From NCBI RefSeq assembly GCF_018350175.1, contig NC_058368.1:122204001-122268000 (forward strand): a stretch of DNA of 64,000 nt. The letters run 5' to 3'. The translations under genes and the position numbers were made by a program. Source of the DNA: Felis catus. Taxonomy: Eukaryota. Shown in pieces: positions 48,923-62,100 of this stretch. The notes beneath the pieces were generated by a model. The model was not told where the DNA came from and made no database searches. It was given only the letters and a program-made list of their open reading frames with translations. How positions within the stretch are numbered: position 1 is the stretch's first letter; every line of letters begins with the position of its first letter.

Positions 48923-51366
48923 AAGAAATAGAACTAGCACTCCAGAAGCCACGATGGACCACTACCCTAGTCATTATTCTTTCCTCCCAAAGGTAACTAC
49001 CTTGACATCTGATACTCTGATTTTGAAATTTATATAAATAGAGAAATACAGTGTATTGTCTTTGTTATAATTATTTCTTTATACAAATATACCAAATTCA
49101 CTTGGTTGTTGATAGACATTGAGTTGTTTCCAGCCTAGGGTTATTATGGACAGTATAGCTATGAAAATTCTTATATGTCTTTTGGTGAACATGTATATGC
49201 ATTTCATGTATAAATGTATGCATTTATATACTTAATATGGAGTAGCTTGATCATAGTCTATATGTATCTTCAGCTTTAGTGGATTTGCTAAACAGTTTTT
49301 CTAAGTGGTTGTAATAATTTACACTCTGACCAGCAATATATAAAATTTCCAGTTCCACTATGTTCATAACAACTCAAGGTATTTTTAGTCCTTTTAATTT
49401 TAGCCATTCTGGTCAGTATGTAGTGGTATTCTATTTTGATTTTAATGTGCATTTCTCTGATGGCTATAGAATTGAGTACATTCTCATGCTTATTGGACAA
49501 TATTTCATGTGCTTTTAGTCATTGACAAATTATCTTTTTTGAAGTGCTTGTTCAAGTCCCTTGCCCCCCCCTTTTTTTTATTGAGTTGTTAGGGTTTTCT
49601 TATTTGTTTGTATGAGTTCTTCATAATTTGGTTTGAGTCCATTGTTAACTACCTGCTTTGCTAACCTAGTTTTTTCCCTATCCTGCGGTGTGCCTTGTCA
49701 GTGTCATAATGTTTCTTTGATGAAAGAAATATTAACGTTAATTTAGTTCAATTTTTCCATATTTTCTTTCATGGTTATAACTTTTTGTGTTCTGTTTAAA
49801 AACTTTTTACCTACCCAAAGTCATGAATATTATCTTCCAAGAAATTTAGTGTTTTATCTTAAACATTTAGAATAATATTTCACCTATAATTGTTTTAGGT
49901 ATATGGGCTAGGGGATACAACTCTTTTTTTTTTCTCTGCAAAAAAGATAGCAAATTTCTTCATTATAATTTATTAAAAAGACCACTTTTTCTCCACTGCT
50001 CTGCAATCACTTTTTGAGAAACTGTAAGTCCATATACATTTGGGTTTGTTTCTGGACTCTAAAATATTCCACTGATCTATTTGTTTATCCTTGTGCCAAA
50101 TACCCAATGTCTTAATTACCATGGCTATATAAGAAATCTCAGTAAGTGGTAAATTCCTCCAGTATACCTCCATATGCATTGACTATTTGTCGCCTTTTGC
50201 ATTTGCAGATGAGTTTAACTTTCCAATTTCTGCAAAAACAATTCTCTAGAATTTTGATTAGAGTTGCATTTCTCTATAGATTAACTTGGGAAAGAAGAGA
50301 CAATTTTACCATGCTGCATCTTTTAAGTCTGTGGACATATATCTCTCTATTTAAGTCTTCTTCTCTTATAATTGGTAAAGTTTTAAAAGTTACTTTTTGG
50401 GTTAATGCTTTGACATTCTTTCCTTAGATTTATTCCTAAATATTGGATGTTTTTATTGCTATTAAAAATGGTACAAGCTAAAAAAAAGTGTCATCCTAAA
50501 TGTTTGTTCCTATTATGTGGAAATCCAACCTAAGTTTTACATGTTAACTAGGTATCTAAAAACCTTGCAAAATAACTATTCTAATAGTTTGTCTGTATAT
50601 ACATATTTTCCAATTACACAATCATGTCATCTGCTAATAAGGACATTTCATGTCTAATTTCCAATCTGCATTTTTTATATTTCTTTCTCTTGTTTTACTT
50701 TACTGGCTAGAAACCCTAGTAAAACAATGAATGGAAGTTGTGATGGGGGCAGCTTTGTATTATTCCAAACTCCAAGAAAATGTCTGCCATTTCACCATTA
50801 AATATACTATTTGGGAGAAGGTTTTTGTTGCTGTCCTTAATCAGGTTAAGCTTCCTTTCTACAGGTAGCTGCTGAGAGGTTTCAGCACACATATTTGTAG
50901 TACAGATTTATAAAATCCAGTCTAGGGGCCGTTGTTTTTAGGGGTTTCCAATCCACTTACACTTAATGATACTGATTGACCATATGATAATTTGCATTCT
51001 ACTTGTTTCTCTGGTTTTGTCTCTTATTCTCCTTTTTTTTTGTCTTCTTTTGAATCAAGCATGCATTTTTTAACTCTAAAATTTCTCCTCTATTCACTTG
51101 TTACATATACTTTATTCTACCCTTTAAAAATAATGGTTACATGAGTGCTTACAATGTACATCTGTAAATTAGAGGAGCATAACTTTCATGAGCAGTTTCA
51201 TTATTTCCTCTAAAAGCTAAGACCTTCAATATTTTTTAATTCCCTTACTCTCTCCCCCTCTCTCTCCTGCCTTTTAATTTTTCTTGCATTTTAAACTAAA
51301 TGATGTCATAATTAAAAAAAATTCATGAATATTCAACACTTTTCATTGTTGTTCACTTGTTGTATT

Positions 51367-51582
51367 GGGGCGCCTGGGTGGCTCCGTCGGTTAAGCGTCC
51401 AACTCTTGATTTTGTCCCAGGTCATGATCTCACAATGTATGAGTTCAATTCCCACATTGGGCTTTGCGTTGACAGCACAGATCCTACTTGGGATTCTAGC
51501 TCTCCCTTTGTCTCTGCCCCTCTCCTGATCTCTCTTGCTCTCTCTTTCTCTCTCTCAAAGATAAAGAAATAAACTTTTAAAA
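51367..51582 (+). mobile_element. Carnivore SINE
   Basis: GGGGCGCCTGGGTGGCTC head, (CT)n region and tail. Confidence 0.92.
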
Positions 51583-52849
51583 ATGTATTTATTTTGCCTC
51601 TATACTTGAAGGAGAGTTTTAGGATATTCTAGAGTGGCAGTTGTTTTGTTTCAGCATTTTAAAACTGTCACTCCATGATTTGCCGGGGTCCCCTAATTTC
51701 TGCTGAAAACTCAGCTGTGCGATTTTGGCTCTTTAATGGTAGTGAATGTTTGTGCTGGATTTTAAGATTTTCTTTGTCTTCAGTTTTTAGTAGTACTACT
51801 GTGGTATACCTAATTATAAGTTTCTCTTTATTCACCTTGCTTAGAGTTAATGGCACTTCTGGAAACTGTATCCCCCAATGACTTTCATCAACGTATAAAA
51901 TTTCAGCCAGTGTCTTCTCAAAGTTGGGTTTGGCTCATTACCTCTCTCCCTTCTACTTTTTGGATTCCAGTTACAATTGTTAGACCTATATACTATGTCT
52001 CATGTGTCTTTTAGGCTATCTTCTTATTTTTATACTTTTTTACTTCATTGTTTTTCTCTGGATTTTTTTTATTGACATGCCATTCTGTCAAGAATTTTCA
52101 CTACTGCTTTAATATAGCAGCTCTTAACTGTATTGACTGAGTTCTTAATTTGCATTATTATATGCTTTTATTGTCTTAGCCTAAGATTTCCATCTGTTGC
52201 TGTTACATGGCCTCAGAACTTACCTTCCTTTTCCCCTTCCCCATCTACTTACTCACCTGCCTCCACCAAACCATCCTTCTTATTTATTATTCTTGTAACA
52301 TCTGTGCCTTTTCTCCCAAGAAGTATGAGCTTAGCTAGATTCTACAGAGCTCTACTGTCCCTAGATGCTTTGGCTTGTTTGTGTTCCCTTAGAAAAGAGC
52401 TCCTTATGTTGCCTGGTTGGAGTAATTAGATCTGATTGGCACATCAGATACCTCCCTGCCTGGCTTGTGGGGAACGTCACTGATTCAGAAGCCTGCTGGC
52501 TTAAAAGTGAGAAGATCACAATTGATGTCAGAGAGCCCACAATGCAGGACTTTGTCCTTGCTCCAACAGCAAAGCAATTACTCATGTAGATGACTCGGGT
52601 GGATGAATTCTGGTCAAGAGAGTACTACCCTACGTCACAATGCTGGACCCTGCCCAAATTCCCATTACACACATTCCAAAAGGAGTCATCACCTGGTATT
52701 TCCTGAGGATGAAGGGCTAGAGGTAAGAAGATGGTGGAGAGGGCTTGGATTATCTCTGTAGTAATGCCACAGGGCACTGTTTTTGCCTTTAGGTCCAGCT
52801 GCTCCAAATCCCTTTTCTGGTTGTTCACTTGCACGGCCTATAAATATTG

Positions 52850-54212
52850 GAAAACTCCCAGAGCTTGGTCCTCGGCCTCCTCCTATTTTCAATCTCTACT
52901 TTTTTTCTTAATGATCACCTAAGCCTATGGTTTTAAATCCCACCTCTTGCTTTAACGCTGGCCTCTTTCCAATCCCAGGTGCAGATATTTAATGGTCTAT
53001 TTGTTGTCACTTCATGGATGTATAACACATAACTCAAAGTTAATCTGCTTCAGTCAGAATTGTGATATTCCCATATCGATGTCCCCCTGAACAACTATTC
53101 TAACATAGCAACCCAACAGTTACTGACACATCCTTCCGATCTTATTTTATCAGTAAGTGTATGATATTTACTTAGTGTTTATATTCAGTTTCCTCACATT
53201 AGAACATAAGTTCCATTAGAACAGTGGTTTGCCTATATTATATTACTTCCTACTCAGAACTTGGTACAGAACATGGTAACAGAAACTGAGTGAGTATGTG
53301 TGGTGTGAATGTGAGAAGATATCCATAGCTAGACTGCGTCTCACTTTGTTGAGATGAGGTCTGGCCAGCATGGAGTTGGGAGGACTGTGCGTGGTTTGAG
53401 ATATAAAGTTTCATCCTCATTCTTTGTTACATGTAAGCCTATGTCTCAAGACAACCATTCAGTATAGGGATGCCACTCATAACCCTCTTATTGGCACCAC
53501 ACACACTTAAAAAATCCATTAGCAGTCCTATCAACTTTATCTCCAAAATAATTTATCCTAAATCCAACCTTACTCTCCATTACCTCTGCTGCCTCTTTCT
53601 CCAACCTCATTCCTCTCTTTCCAGTCCCCTGCGATAGCATCCCTGCATTCTCCAAGAGTAGCCAAAGTGAGATTGGGGGGGGGGGGGAAGCAGTATTATG
53701 TCCCTGACCTGCTTTAAACCATCCCAGGTGGTTATATTACACATAAATAAAACCAACCTTCTTACAACTTTTGAGGACTTGAAGGGTCTGATCCCTGACT
53801 TCCTTTATGACTGTGGGTCCCACCACTGTCTCCCTTGCTCACTAAGCTCTGGCCACACTGCCCTGCTTTCTTTTATGTTAACATAGTAAGCTCATTGCTT
53901 CTTAAAGTCCCTTTTACTTGTTATTCCCCTGTCTGGATGAGTCCTCCTTGATGTTTGATGCTAATGACCTCATATCCTCTAAGTCTTAGGCTTTCCTAGC
54001 CACACTATCTATGGCCAATCAGTATTTTATTATTGCATTCTTATATCACATTGCCTTATATTGTTTTCCTCACAGTTATTATAAGTAGCTGAAGTTATTT
54101 TTTTCTTTTGATTGTATTTTTCACTATCATTTTCCCAGTATATAATACAATACATGACACATTGTAAGTCCCCATTACTTATTTATGGGATATATAAGAG
54201 AATGAGTAAATT
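52850..54212 (+). mobile_element. L2 LINE fragments
   Basis: CTTGGTCCTCGGCCTCCTCCTATTTTC and CACTAAGCTCTGGCCACACTG. Confidence 0.65.
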
Positions 54213-55549
54213 GAAAACAGATAATCTCTCATACTACGTTGTTCAGTCATTTCTTTGGGAAGAGTCCTTATTTATTCTTTTTTTACTTAAAAGGAAATGG
54301 AGGGAGTAAAGTTTAAAATCTGTAATTTTTCCCCTTGCCTATACTCTCTCTCTTCTTATAGAATTATCAGCAACTTCCTGTCATAAAAATGACATAACAT
54401 ATTTTAATCTCTTACTGGTGCCAGAAAATGTGCTGGATTATCCCATTTATTTATTACACTGACCCTCTGCATTAGATCCTATCATAATCCATACTTAATA
54501 AATCTGAAGTTTGGAGGCTTCCATTATTTTCTCAGAGTCACAAAACTAACCAACATTCCATCTTGCTTTCTCAAGTGAACTTCAAGAACCAAGAAACCAG
54601 GTAGGATAAGGAATTTTGCATCACTGTTAGGTTTTTCCTCCAACACTCTTTCTGCTTATCAGTGATGGTAGGGGAGGAGGAGGAGAGAGGGAGAAAAAGA
54701 GGGAGGGAGGGAGAGAGTGAGAGAGGGACAGAAGGAAGACATGTGTGCAAGCGAGCAATGCACATCATGATGACCGGATAAAACTTTGGTAGCAAGCTCT
54801 GAACTCAGCTAATTTAACATCATCCCCAGAAGGAAGGACAAACCAAAGTCAGATCACTGTTGGTGAATCTCTTCCTCTTGTGTTAGAACAGCTCTCTAGT
54901 TAGTGGATTTTCAAGGCTTTGAGTTCAGGAACAACAGAAAGGCTGACTTCGCTTGACCAATTAATCTTGAGGCTTAACTTGACCAATTCATTCTGTTATC
55001 CCAGAAACAAAATTACAGGAGAAACAGAAACTCATTTACATACCACCAAGAAGTGTACAGTTTGAAACAGGAGAGACTAAGAAATGAGAAACTAGTCAAG
55101 AAACTAGTCAAGAAAAATCATAGGAAGAGAGAGAAGTCTCCACAGACCAAGAGACTGTCTCTATGCAACCTCAAATATCTTGGTGAAACTAAAGGAAAAA
55201 GAAAGTTTAGATGCCTAGATAATTGGCTAAAATTTTGATTTTTTTCTGGTTATTTGGCATTATGAAGTTATAATCACATTGAAGCACTTTGTGAAGCATT
55301 TTAATAATTGTTGCTTCTGTTCAACAAATTTTCTTAGAATTTTACTTTCTTATATTAATATCTTGAAGTATAAAAGTTGGTTGTTTTTACATATTTGGAA
55401 GATCAACTTCAACCTTAAAATTCATTAAATACAATCCTATCATTGGGAAAGCTATCTTCTGGATCATAACAATTCAGCAATGACTTACTCTTTGTCTAGA
55501 TCAGTCAGGGGTAGATGCATTGGAGGGTAAACATTAAAAAGAATATTAG

Positions 55550-55770
55550 CAAATATTATTTGGCACTTCAAAGATGCAAGGAAACACTTTCTATGAATTA
55601 GCTCATTTAATTCCACACCAACTCTATGGGGGAGGTACTATGATGAACCCAGTTTTACAGAGGGGTAAACTATGCATCAGAGGGGTTAAGTGACTTTGCT
55701 CAAGTTAGCACGAGAAAGACTCAGGTGATCCCAAGCAGTCTAATCCGAGAATCCAAACATGCCAACAAGC
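55550..55770 (-). mobile_element. MIR SINE
   Basis: CCCAGTTTTACAGAGGGGTAAACTATGCATCAGAGGGGTTAAGTGACTT. Confidence 0.8.
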
Positions 55771-58027
55771 AACTTCTCAGGGAACCTACAGTTTGTCTGG
55801 AAAAAAATATACATGTGTGCATGAAACCGTTAAATCACAACAAAAGGGCATGTGGGATCAATAGTGTGAATGAATCTACACCACAGGTTCACTTAGATAA
55901 CACCGCACTGTTAAAAGCAGACCAAACTCAAGACAGAGGGACTCCTGACCTCATGATCCAAGGGAAACTGAGCTCTATGTGAGATAACTGTAGGTAAAAA
56001 ATAAGTAGGATGGGAACCTATCCTTGAACCTGGAGATTACATGTCTAGCTTCCGATTCTCTGCTACATAACTCTGAAATTTCCTTGTGTAGCAGATGCCT
56101 TTGTCGTTTTCCCTAATAGTTTTGCTCACAACAATCTAGTTTGTCTTACAAACAAGCAGCTGGTAAATTGAGGGTGTGATATTGCATGCTGCAAAGAGGG
56201 ATCAAGATTGGCAAGTTCTTATTCCTATCTACCCTATGATTCTGGTGCCACTTGGAATTTTATTTCCAGTTCCTCAGGATGGGTTTTTGGTGCCAAATGA
56301 GATGGTGTGTGTGCACATGCATGCACATGTGTGTGGAGGGTGAGAGAGGACTGTTGTGTGCCATGGGGAAATGCACACATGTGATATCTGTGGAAGAGTT
56401 CTACAAACCACCAGTACCCCAAGAACGGTGTGAGGAGGAATGAGTCAGGCCGGGAATAGCATTTCCTGACTGCCCACTCACAGGCTCATTGCCAGAAGGT
56501 TTTATTTTATTCTCTAGGTTCTAATCTTCAGATTTATATGAAAAGATGATACTGCTGAAGCTGGCGAGGAGATGTTTTTTTATAAAAATTGGAATGATTA
56601 ATTACTAGATTCCCATTCCCTGAGGTCAGGGACCATTTCTGTTTTATCCACCACTGCAGACCAGCAGCTAATACGCTACCTGGCATCAAGTGAGGACCTA
56701 AAAATATTTGTTAAATGAATAAATGAATAATAAATGAATGTAATATTTCTTATTTACTGGATCAGCTCCTCCCAGTGAATTGCTCTCCTGGGTCACTGAG
56801 AAGCTGGCAACCCAGGTTGCATTAAAAACATGGGATATTTTTATAACTCTTTAACTCATTAGCAACATACTCCCCAGTATTTTTTTAGGGCTGTGGAGAT
56901 ATATAATTCAGTCAACAAGTATTTATTGAGCTATAGTATTTGAACACTGTTGGGGGAACTGAGGGCAGTGCATTGACCAAGACAAAGAAGTCCTTCTCAT
57001 AGAACTTTTGTTCTCGTAGGTTAAGCAACATGACAAATAAAGAAAATGACTAGTGGTGATGAGTGCTATGAAAAGGGAGGGAAAAAAGAAAAAGAGTGAT
57101 AAAGGAGCACTATTTACATAGTTTAGTCCCTACTATCTCCCCTGAGGAGAGCACTGTCCTGGGCCTAGACTCAATCTGGTGAAGATTTTGTGAGGCCTTC
57201 CTCTTTGAAGTTACACTGAAAACTTCAAGGATTTCAGTGGTACCCAAAACATGAAGATTTGGGAAATTATTTTGCATTTGGTTGTTGAGAAATCAATTCA
57301 TGCGTGCCAGAGGGGATAAAAGGATGGAAAGGATGATCAAGAAAGGAAAGTTCTTTTCGTTGCCAGGGGCAAAACAATGGAGGGATTAGAATAGCCAACA
57401 TGCTTGGAACACTTACTATGGCCTGGTTAGCACTTAAATTTATCACCAAAAGGTTCCCATGACGTAGGCACTATTCTTATCCCCCTTCTGGCAAGTGAAG
57501 CACAGAAAGACTAAGTAAGGTGGCAGAAGTCACTCAGCTAATATACGGGAAATCCAGTGTTCCATAAAGGCAATCTGACTGCAGGCAGGACTCAATCATC
57601 AGATTATCCCCTTACGGATGTAAGTAAGCTATCTCTAGGATCTAATTTTTTAGCTTCGAATATACACTGCTTCTTTGAAAAGTATAATGAATTATAGGGC
57701 TTAAATATCTGAAAGAATTTTTTTTTAACTAATCTATAAAAACTACCCCCAAAACATACAATAGTTCACCAAGACCTTCCCATTCGTTGAGTATACCAAA
57801 TTTATTCCAGTCTCCAGGACTTTGCGCTTGTAGGGCCTTCTGCCTAGAATGCTCTTTCCTGGGCTCTTCACATGGCTGGCTCTTTCTCATTAGTCATGAC
57901 TCAGCTTCGGAAAGGGCTCCCTGTCCACCTTACACCTGGGAATCTGCCATTCCCGTCACTCGCTATGCTATTTATCCTATTTTTATTTTCTTCCCTCCCC
58001 TGATGACTATTTAAAAGGTCCTAGGTT

Positions 58028-58221
58028 GTTTTTTTTTTTATGTTTTATTTATTTTTGAGAGAGCATAAGTGGGATAGGGGCAGAGAGAAGGGGACAGAGG
58101 ATCTGGAGCAGGCTCTGTGCTGACAGCAGAGAGCCCGATGTGGGGCTTAAACTCACCAACTGTGAGATCATGACCTGAACCAAAGTTGGACGCTCAACTG
58201 ACTGAGCCACCCAGGTGCCCC
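58028..58221 (-). mobile_element. Carnivore SINE (internally shortened) within an L2 3' fragment (~57780-58385, +)
   Basis: TSD AAGGTCCTAG at 58015-58024 and 58222-58231. Confidence 0.93.
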
Positions 58222-60553
58222 AAGGTCCTAGTTTTTGATGTCCACTTGTGGTTGTCTAGTTCCCCTCTTAGAAGGCAAGCACCCTGAGGTCAGGGTCAGT
58301 GGCTGCTTTGTGTCCTGAAATTTCTCTAGAGCCTGATCTCTGCCTGGAACCTCACAGAGGCTTTAAAACCATTTGAATGAATTCATGCTGTCCCGAGGGT
58401 CTGCAGACTCAGCTCCCAGAGGCCTTTACTTCTGCAGAGAACCCTGCTACTGGCAGCATCTGCCCACCATTCTGTGCAGAATCAGAGCACCAGATGGGAA
58501 AGAAGAGATCAGCACAGGAGGCCTGGTGAATACTTGCCAAGAAGCACCCAGAATGAGCTGTGAACGCTGGCTGGGAGGGCTGCCAAGGAGACCAGGGATG
58601 AAGCCTAAGTACCGGAAGACCAATTTGGAAGGTGTTTCTGCAGTTAGGTATATGCAAGGTCTTTATTTAAATTTTATCTGAATCTCCTTGTTTAGATCTA
58701 GTCTTACTTTGGTTGCCACCCTACTGTTGATCTACTGCTTATAATGATTTATTACCTCTCTGCCCACAGCAGAATATAAGGCCCATGGCAGCAAGGATCT
58801 AGCTGTACTTTATACGAGTGGATACTGTCCAGAATTATTCCAAGTAGTAGGCACCCAAGAAAGATTTAATACATGGACCAAGAAATGAGCCAACACTGTT
58901 GTGTCTGCAGACAAAGGTAGTGGAGAGCACAGAATGGAGCAAATGTTTACTGAGTCCCTGCTAAGCCCCAGGCACTGTTCCAGCTGCCTGGAACATACCT
59001 CTTATTTGTTTACCCTGTTCAGTTGCAAGCTTTGAGAGCCTAACTTTTAAGAAGGTAAAATATACAGAGCAGAAGATACCTTTTTTTCCTACCACATTAT
59101 AAAATCAGGTCTTGCTGGGGAAGTGGTTCTTTAAATGAAGGTTGGGTATCCTCGGAAGCCTCAAACTTCAATCAATTTACTGAGGTCTATGCTACGACCT
59201 GACAGTGCTGTGTCCAATAAATAACTTTGTATGATGCCCGGAGCATATGTGAGGATCAATAGAGAATTATAACTAAAGCCTCCATCACTGCTTCACCTAC
59301 AGGATCATTCCATTTATCATCTCAGGTTGAATTTATCTGAATCAGAGCCAAAAATACAATTTCCAAACAGAAGAACATAAATGAGTGCAAATTAAGTGAA
59401 TTTGGACGAGGTTGTCCCCAGCATGTACAGCGAGCTCAGCCCGGGTCGCTTAGATGAGAAAGAAAAAAATGCAAGTTGGCACAGTGGCATGTTTTAGATG
59501 TAGCAGGAATCATAAAAGAATCCATTCCGGCAACATATGACCACCCCGAATCCCCAGCCCTCAGCTCTAGATAGTCAAGGTCAGTCTATTGCTTAGCACT
59601 GTTTAGAAGGCACAACATGGGGACACACATATTATATACGCTGGTCCCAAATTACCTTCGGTTGGCTACCCAATGTGGTGAAGATGGTACTTATGAGAAC
59701 ATTCTTGAAGGCTTAATACCTGATCATCGTCTTTCCCGCCGATTCTGTGTGTAAGTGAGGCCAATTTCAAAGAAAAATGAGCTTCCTTTAAAAAGTGTAA
59801 AATAATAGCACCATTACACATACCTCGCTCAGCCATTTAAAAGTACCTCAATGAAGCTGGTTTTCTCCTGCGGGCTTATCAGTACACATGCCCGCAGTAT
59901 AAGAGGGCATAGACTCTTTACAGTTTAGCCTTGAGGGGTTTTTCCCTCCTTTCATAGTCTGTAGCCAGGTCAGCACATTATTCTAAGATATTCACAGGAC
60001 TGTTAGGAACAGTGAAACCACTTTCAAAAGGGTACAGAGGCCAAAACACCACAGTGAAGCCACAGGCTGGGTTTCAGTGCCAGCTCTTAAATACTAATTA
60101 GCTGTGTGCTTTTGGGCGGTTCACTTAATCTCTCTGCAAGATAGTGGGTGGGGCTCTGACCAGAACCTTGCAACTCTTCCAGCTCTGGCTCTCTGGTTTG
60201 ATGCCAACTGCCAGGACCAATGGGGTGCCCTCCCCCACTCACAGATTGCAGCAGCCATTCAGTAAACGGCTCTGTGCAGAGGCAAGGGAGGATATTAATG
60301 CTGTCCTTTTGCTTCTGAGGTTACTCTAAGACCCCTCCTTAAGCAAGTCTGCAGCCACTCAACCTCCAACGGAGAGATCAGGGTGATTAGGAACCGTTGC
60401 ACTGAGCCCTGCCGCTTGCCTCCACCAGCATCACACCCTAAATGCTAAGTCTGGAGTTCTCACATCTTGGGCCAGACATGGAGGGAGGAAGGCAACCATG
60501 CAAAATTCAGGGGTGTTGCTTATGTATATTTCTTACTTTCTCTTACCCTAGGA

Positions 60554-60751
60554 CAGTGTTTCTCGACGAACTGCACTGGGGTTCCATCCTCAACAGGCAC
60601 TGGAGGGCTTCTTGAAAATGGAGGTCCTGGGGTTCACTCAGGATGTACCGATTCAAAATTTTAGGAGGAGCATGTGAGCCTCCCGAATCTGCATCTTAAA
60701 CCAAGCACTGCAGATGATCTTTATGCGTATGCTAGCGCTTGGGAACTAGTG
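60554..60751. mobile_element. MER5-like hAT MITE
   Basis: CAGTGTTTCTC...GAATCTGCATCTTAAAC...GATGATCTTTATGC...TTGGGAACTAGTG. Confidence 0.7.
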
Positions 60752-60824
60752 TCCTTCTAAAGAGGTAAAACTCTTGTGGGTCACTGAGCCTACCTGCTGC
60801 CTCTACTAACCACTATTATGCACC

Positions 60825-61390
60825 ATTTATTCAACAACGATGTGCCACCAACTATTACATGGCAGGCATGATGCTGAGCAAAAGCTCAAAGCACCTGGTC
60901 TCCTGGAGGTTAAGGTCTACTGATGGGAAACTGATGATGAACACAGGCAAATAGATAACGGGTGAGGCAGTGAGGCAATCTGTGAAGTAAAATAAAAGGG
61001 GAGTGCTAGGGCGGTGTAGATCAGGTAGGCAGGAAGTCCTATTTGAAGAGCAGTATTTGGTGGGGTTCCATCGTGTAATGGTTAGCACTCTGGACTCTGA
61101 AGAGTGGTATCTGTGCAAGACTTACACAAGTGAGGGTAAGAACAACATGGTTGGGAGAAGAACATTCTAGACAGAGGGAACAAGTATGAGGTCCTGGAGA
61201 GGGAATGTGCTTGGGATGTTTGAGAAACAGCAAGGAGGCCAGTGTAGCCGGTGTGGGCTGAATGAAGAGGGCGGTTACAGGAGATCATCAGGGTGCAGAT
61301 TTCCTAGGCCTTGGAGGCCACAAAAAGACTGTAGATTTTACTGCATAAAACGGGAAGGGGGACATGACATGATCTGAAAGGTCACTATCT
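60825..61390 (-). mobile_element. L2 LINE fragment
   Basis: GAAGAACATTCTAGACAGAGGGAACAAG...TGTTTGAGAAACAGCAAGGAGGCCAGTG. Confidence 0.85.
61064..61101 (+). pseudogene. 5' half of tRNA-Gln(CTG), 3'-truncated ('tailless') retropseudogene
   Basis: GGTTCCATCGTGTAATGGTTAGCACTCTGGACTCTGAA is 37/38 identical to the mammalian tRNA-Gln-CTG 5' end as I recall it. Anticodon CTG at 61097-61099. No T-arm/B-box and no poly-A. Degenerate direct repeats flank it. Confidence 0.88.
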
Positions 61391-61639
61391 TGTAGCTTGT
61401 TTAGTTTATTTCTAGGCTGCCAAATAATCTCAAGTCTGGATTGGGGGGAATGAAGCAATGGTTCATTGTCATTTACATTATAGTTTTATTTTCATTCCAG
61501 TCTATTGTCCTATGCTTATGCTGTGACTTCTGGCTGACGTCCTGAGGGCATCATAAAGTAGGTGCTTCGACTGAGAATTGGGGCAAAGAATAAGGAAGCT
61601 TTGCTAGGGGAGGCTGGCCCAGAAGGTCTTCGTTCATTT

Positions 61640-62100
61640 ACTCACACATTTATTTCTTCTATCAGCCTTTAATGAGAAGGCAATATGTGTAAGGCACTCT
61701 GCAGCTACTTGACGTGCATTATTTTAGGTATTCCCACAGCAGCCCTGAGGTACAGTTCACGATAGACATCTCATGGATGAAGAAGTGGAGGCTTGGTCAG
61801 AAGCAGGTGGCCATGGGCAGTGTTGGAACTTGGACTCAAAGGCAAGACACTAACAGCAAAGCTTGTGTTTTCCCCTCCATCGTGGGTGGAAGAACAAAGC
61901 TCTGGGGCCAGCCTACCTGGGTTCAGGTCCTACCTCTGCTGCTTGCTGACCATGTGACTTTGGGCAGGTGACTTATGTTTCTGGGCCTCAGTGTCTGTCT
62001 CTGTAAAATGGGGATAATACAAGTTTCCTCTTCATCAGAATGTTGTTAGAACTAAATGAGCTACTACCTTAAAACACTTAGAACAGGATGTGGCACCTAA
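61640..62100. mobile_element. Two MIRs in opposite orientation (~61640-61870 minus, ~61885-62100 plus)
   Basis: CATGGATGAAGAAGTGGAGGCTT and CTGGGCCTCAGTGTCTGTCTCTGTAAAATGGGATAATA cores. Confidence 0.8.

Larger units (their letters stand above)
48620..52150 (-). mobile_element. Ancient L1ME-like element, antisense, fragmented
   Basis: TTTTAGCCATTCTGGTCAGTATGTAGTGGTAT, CAATCATGTCATCTGCTAATAAGGACA, and an ORF1-like region at 51600-52100. Confidence 0.75.

Noticed and set aside
55078..55116. Small tandem duplications (also ~37432-37458, ~42261-42300, ~54952-54990)
   Set aside because: Ordinary 12-25 bp slippage duplications.
4009..58221. tRNA-Lys-like heads and recurrent 'ASGSVLTAQSLEPASDSVSPSL' peptides
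   Set aside because: These are carnivore SINE bodies, not tRNA genes or a protein family.
61064..61135. Functional tRNA-Gln gene
   Set aside because: The 3' half (T-arm/B-box, acceptor 3' strand) and the Pol III terminator are absent.
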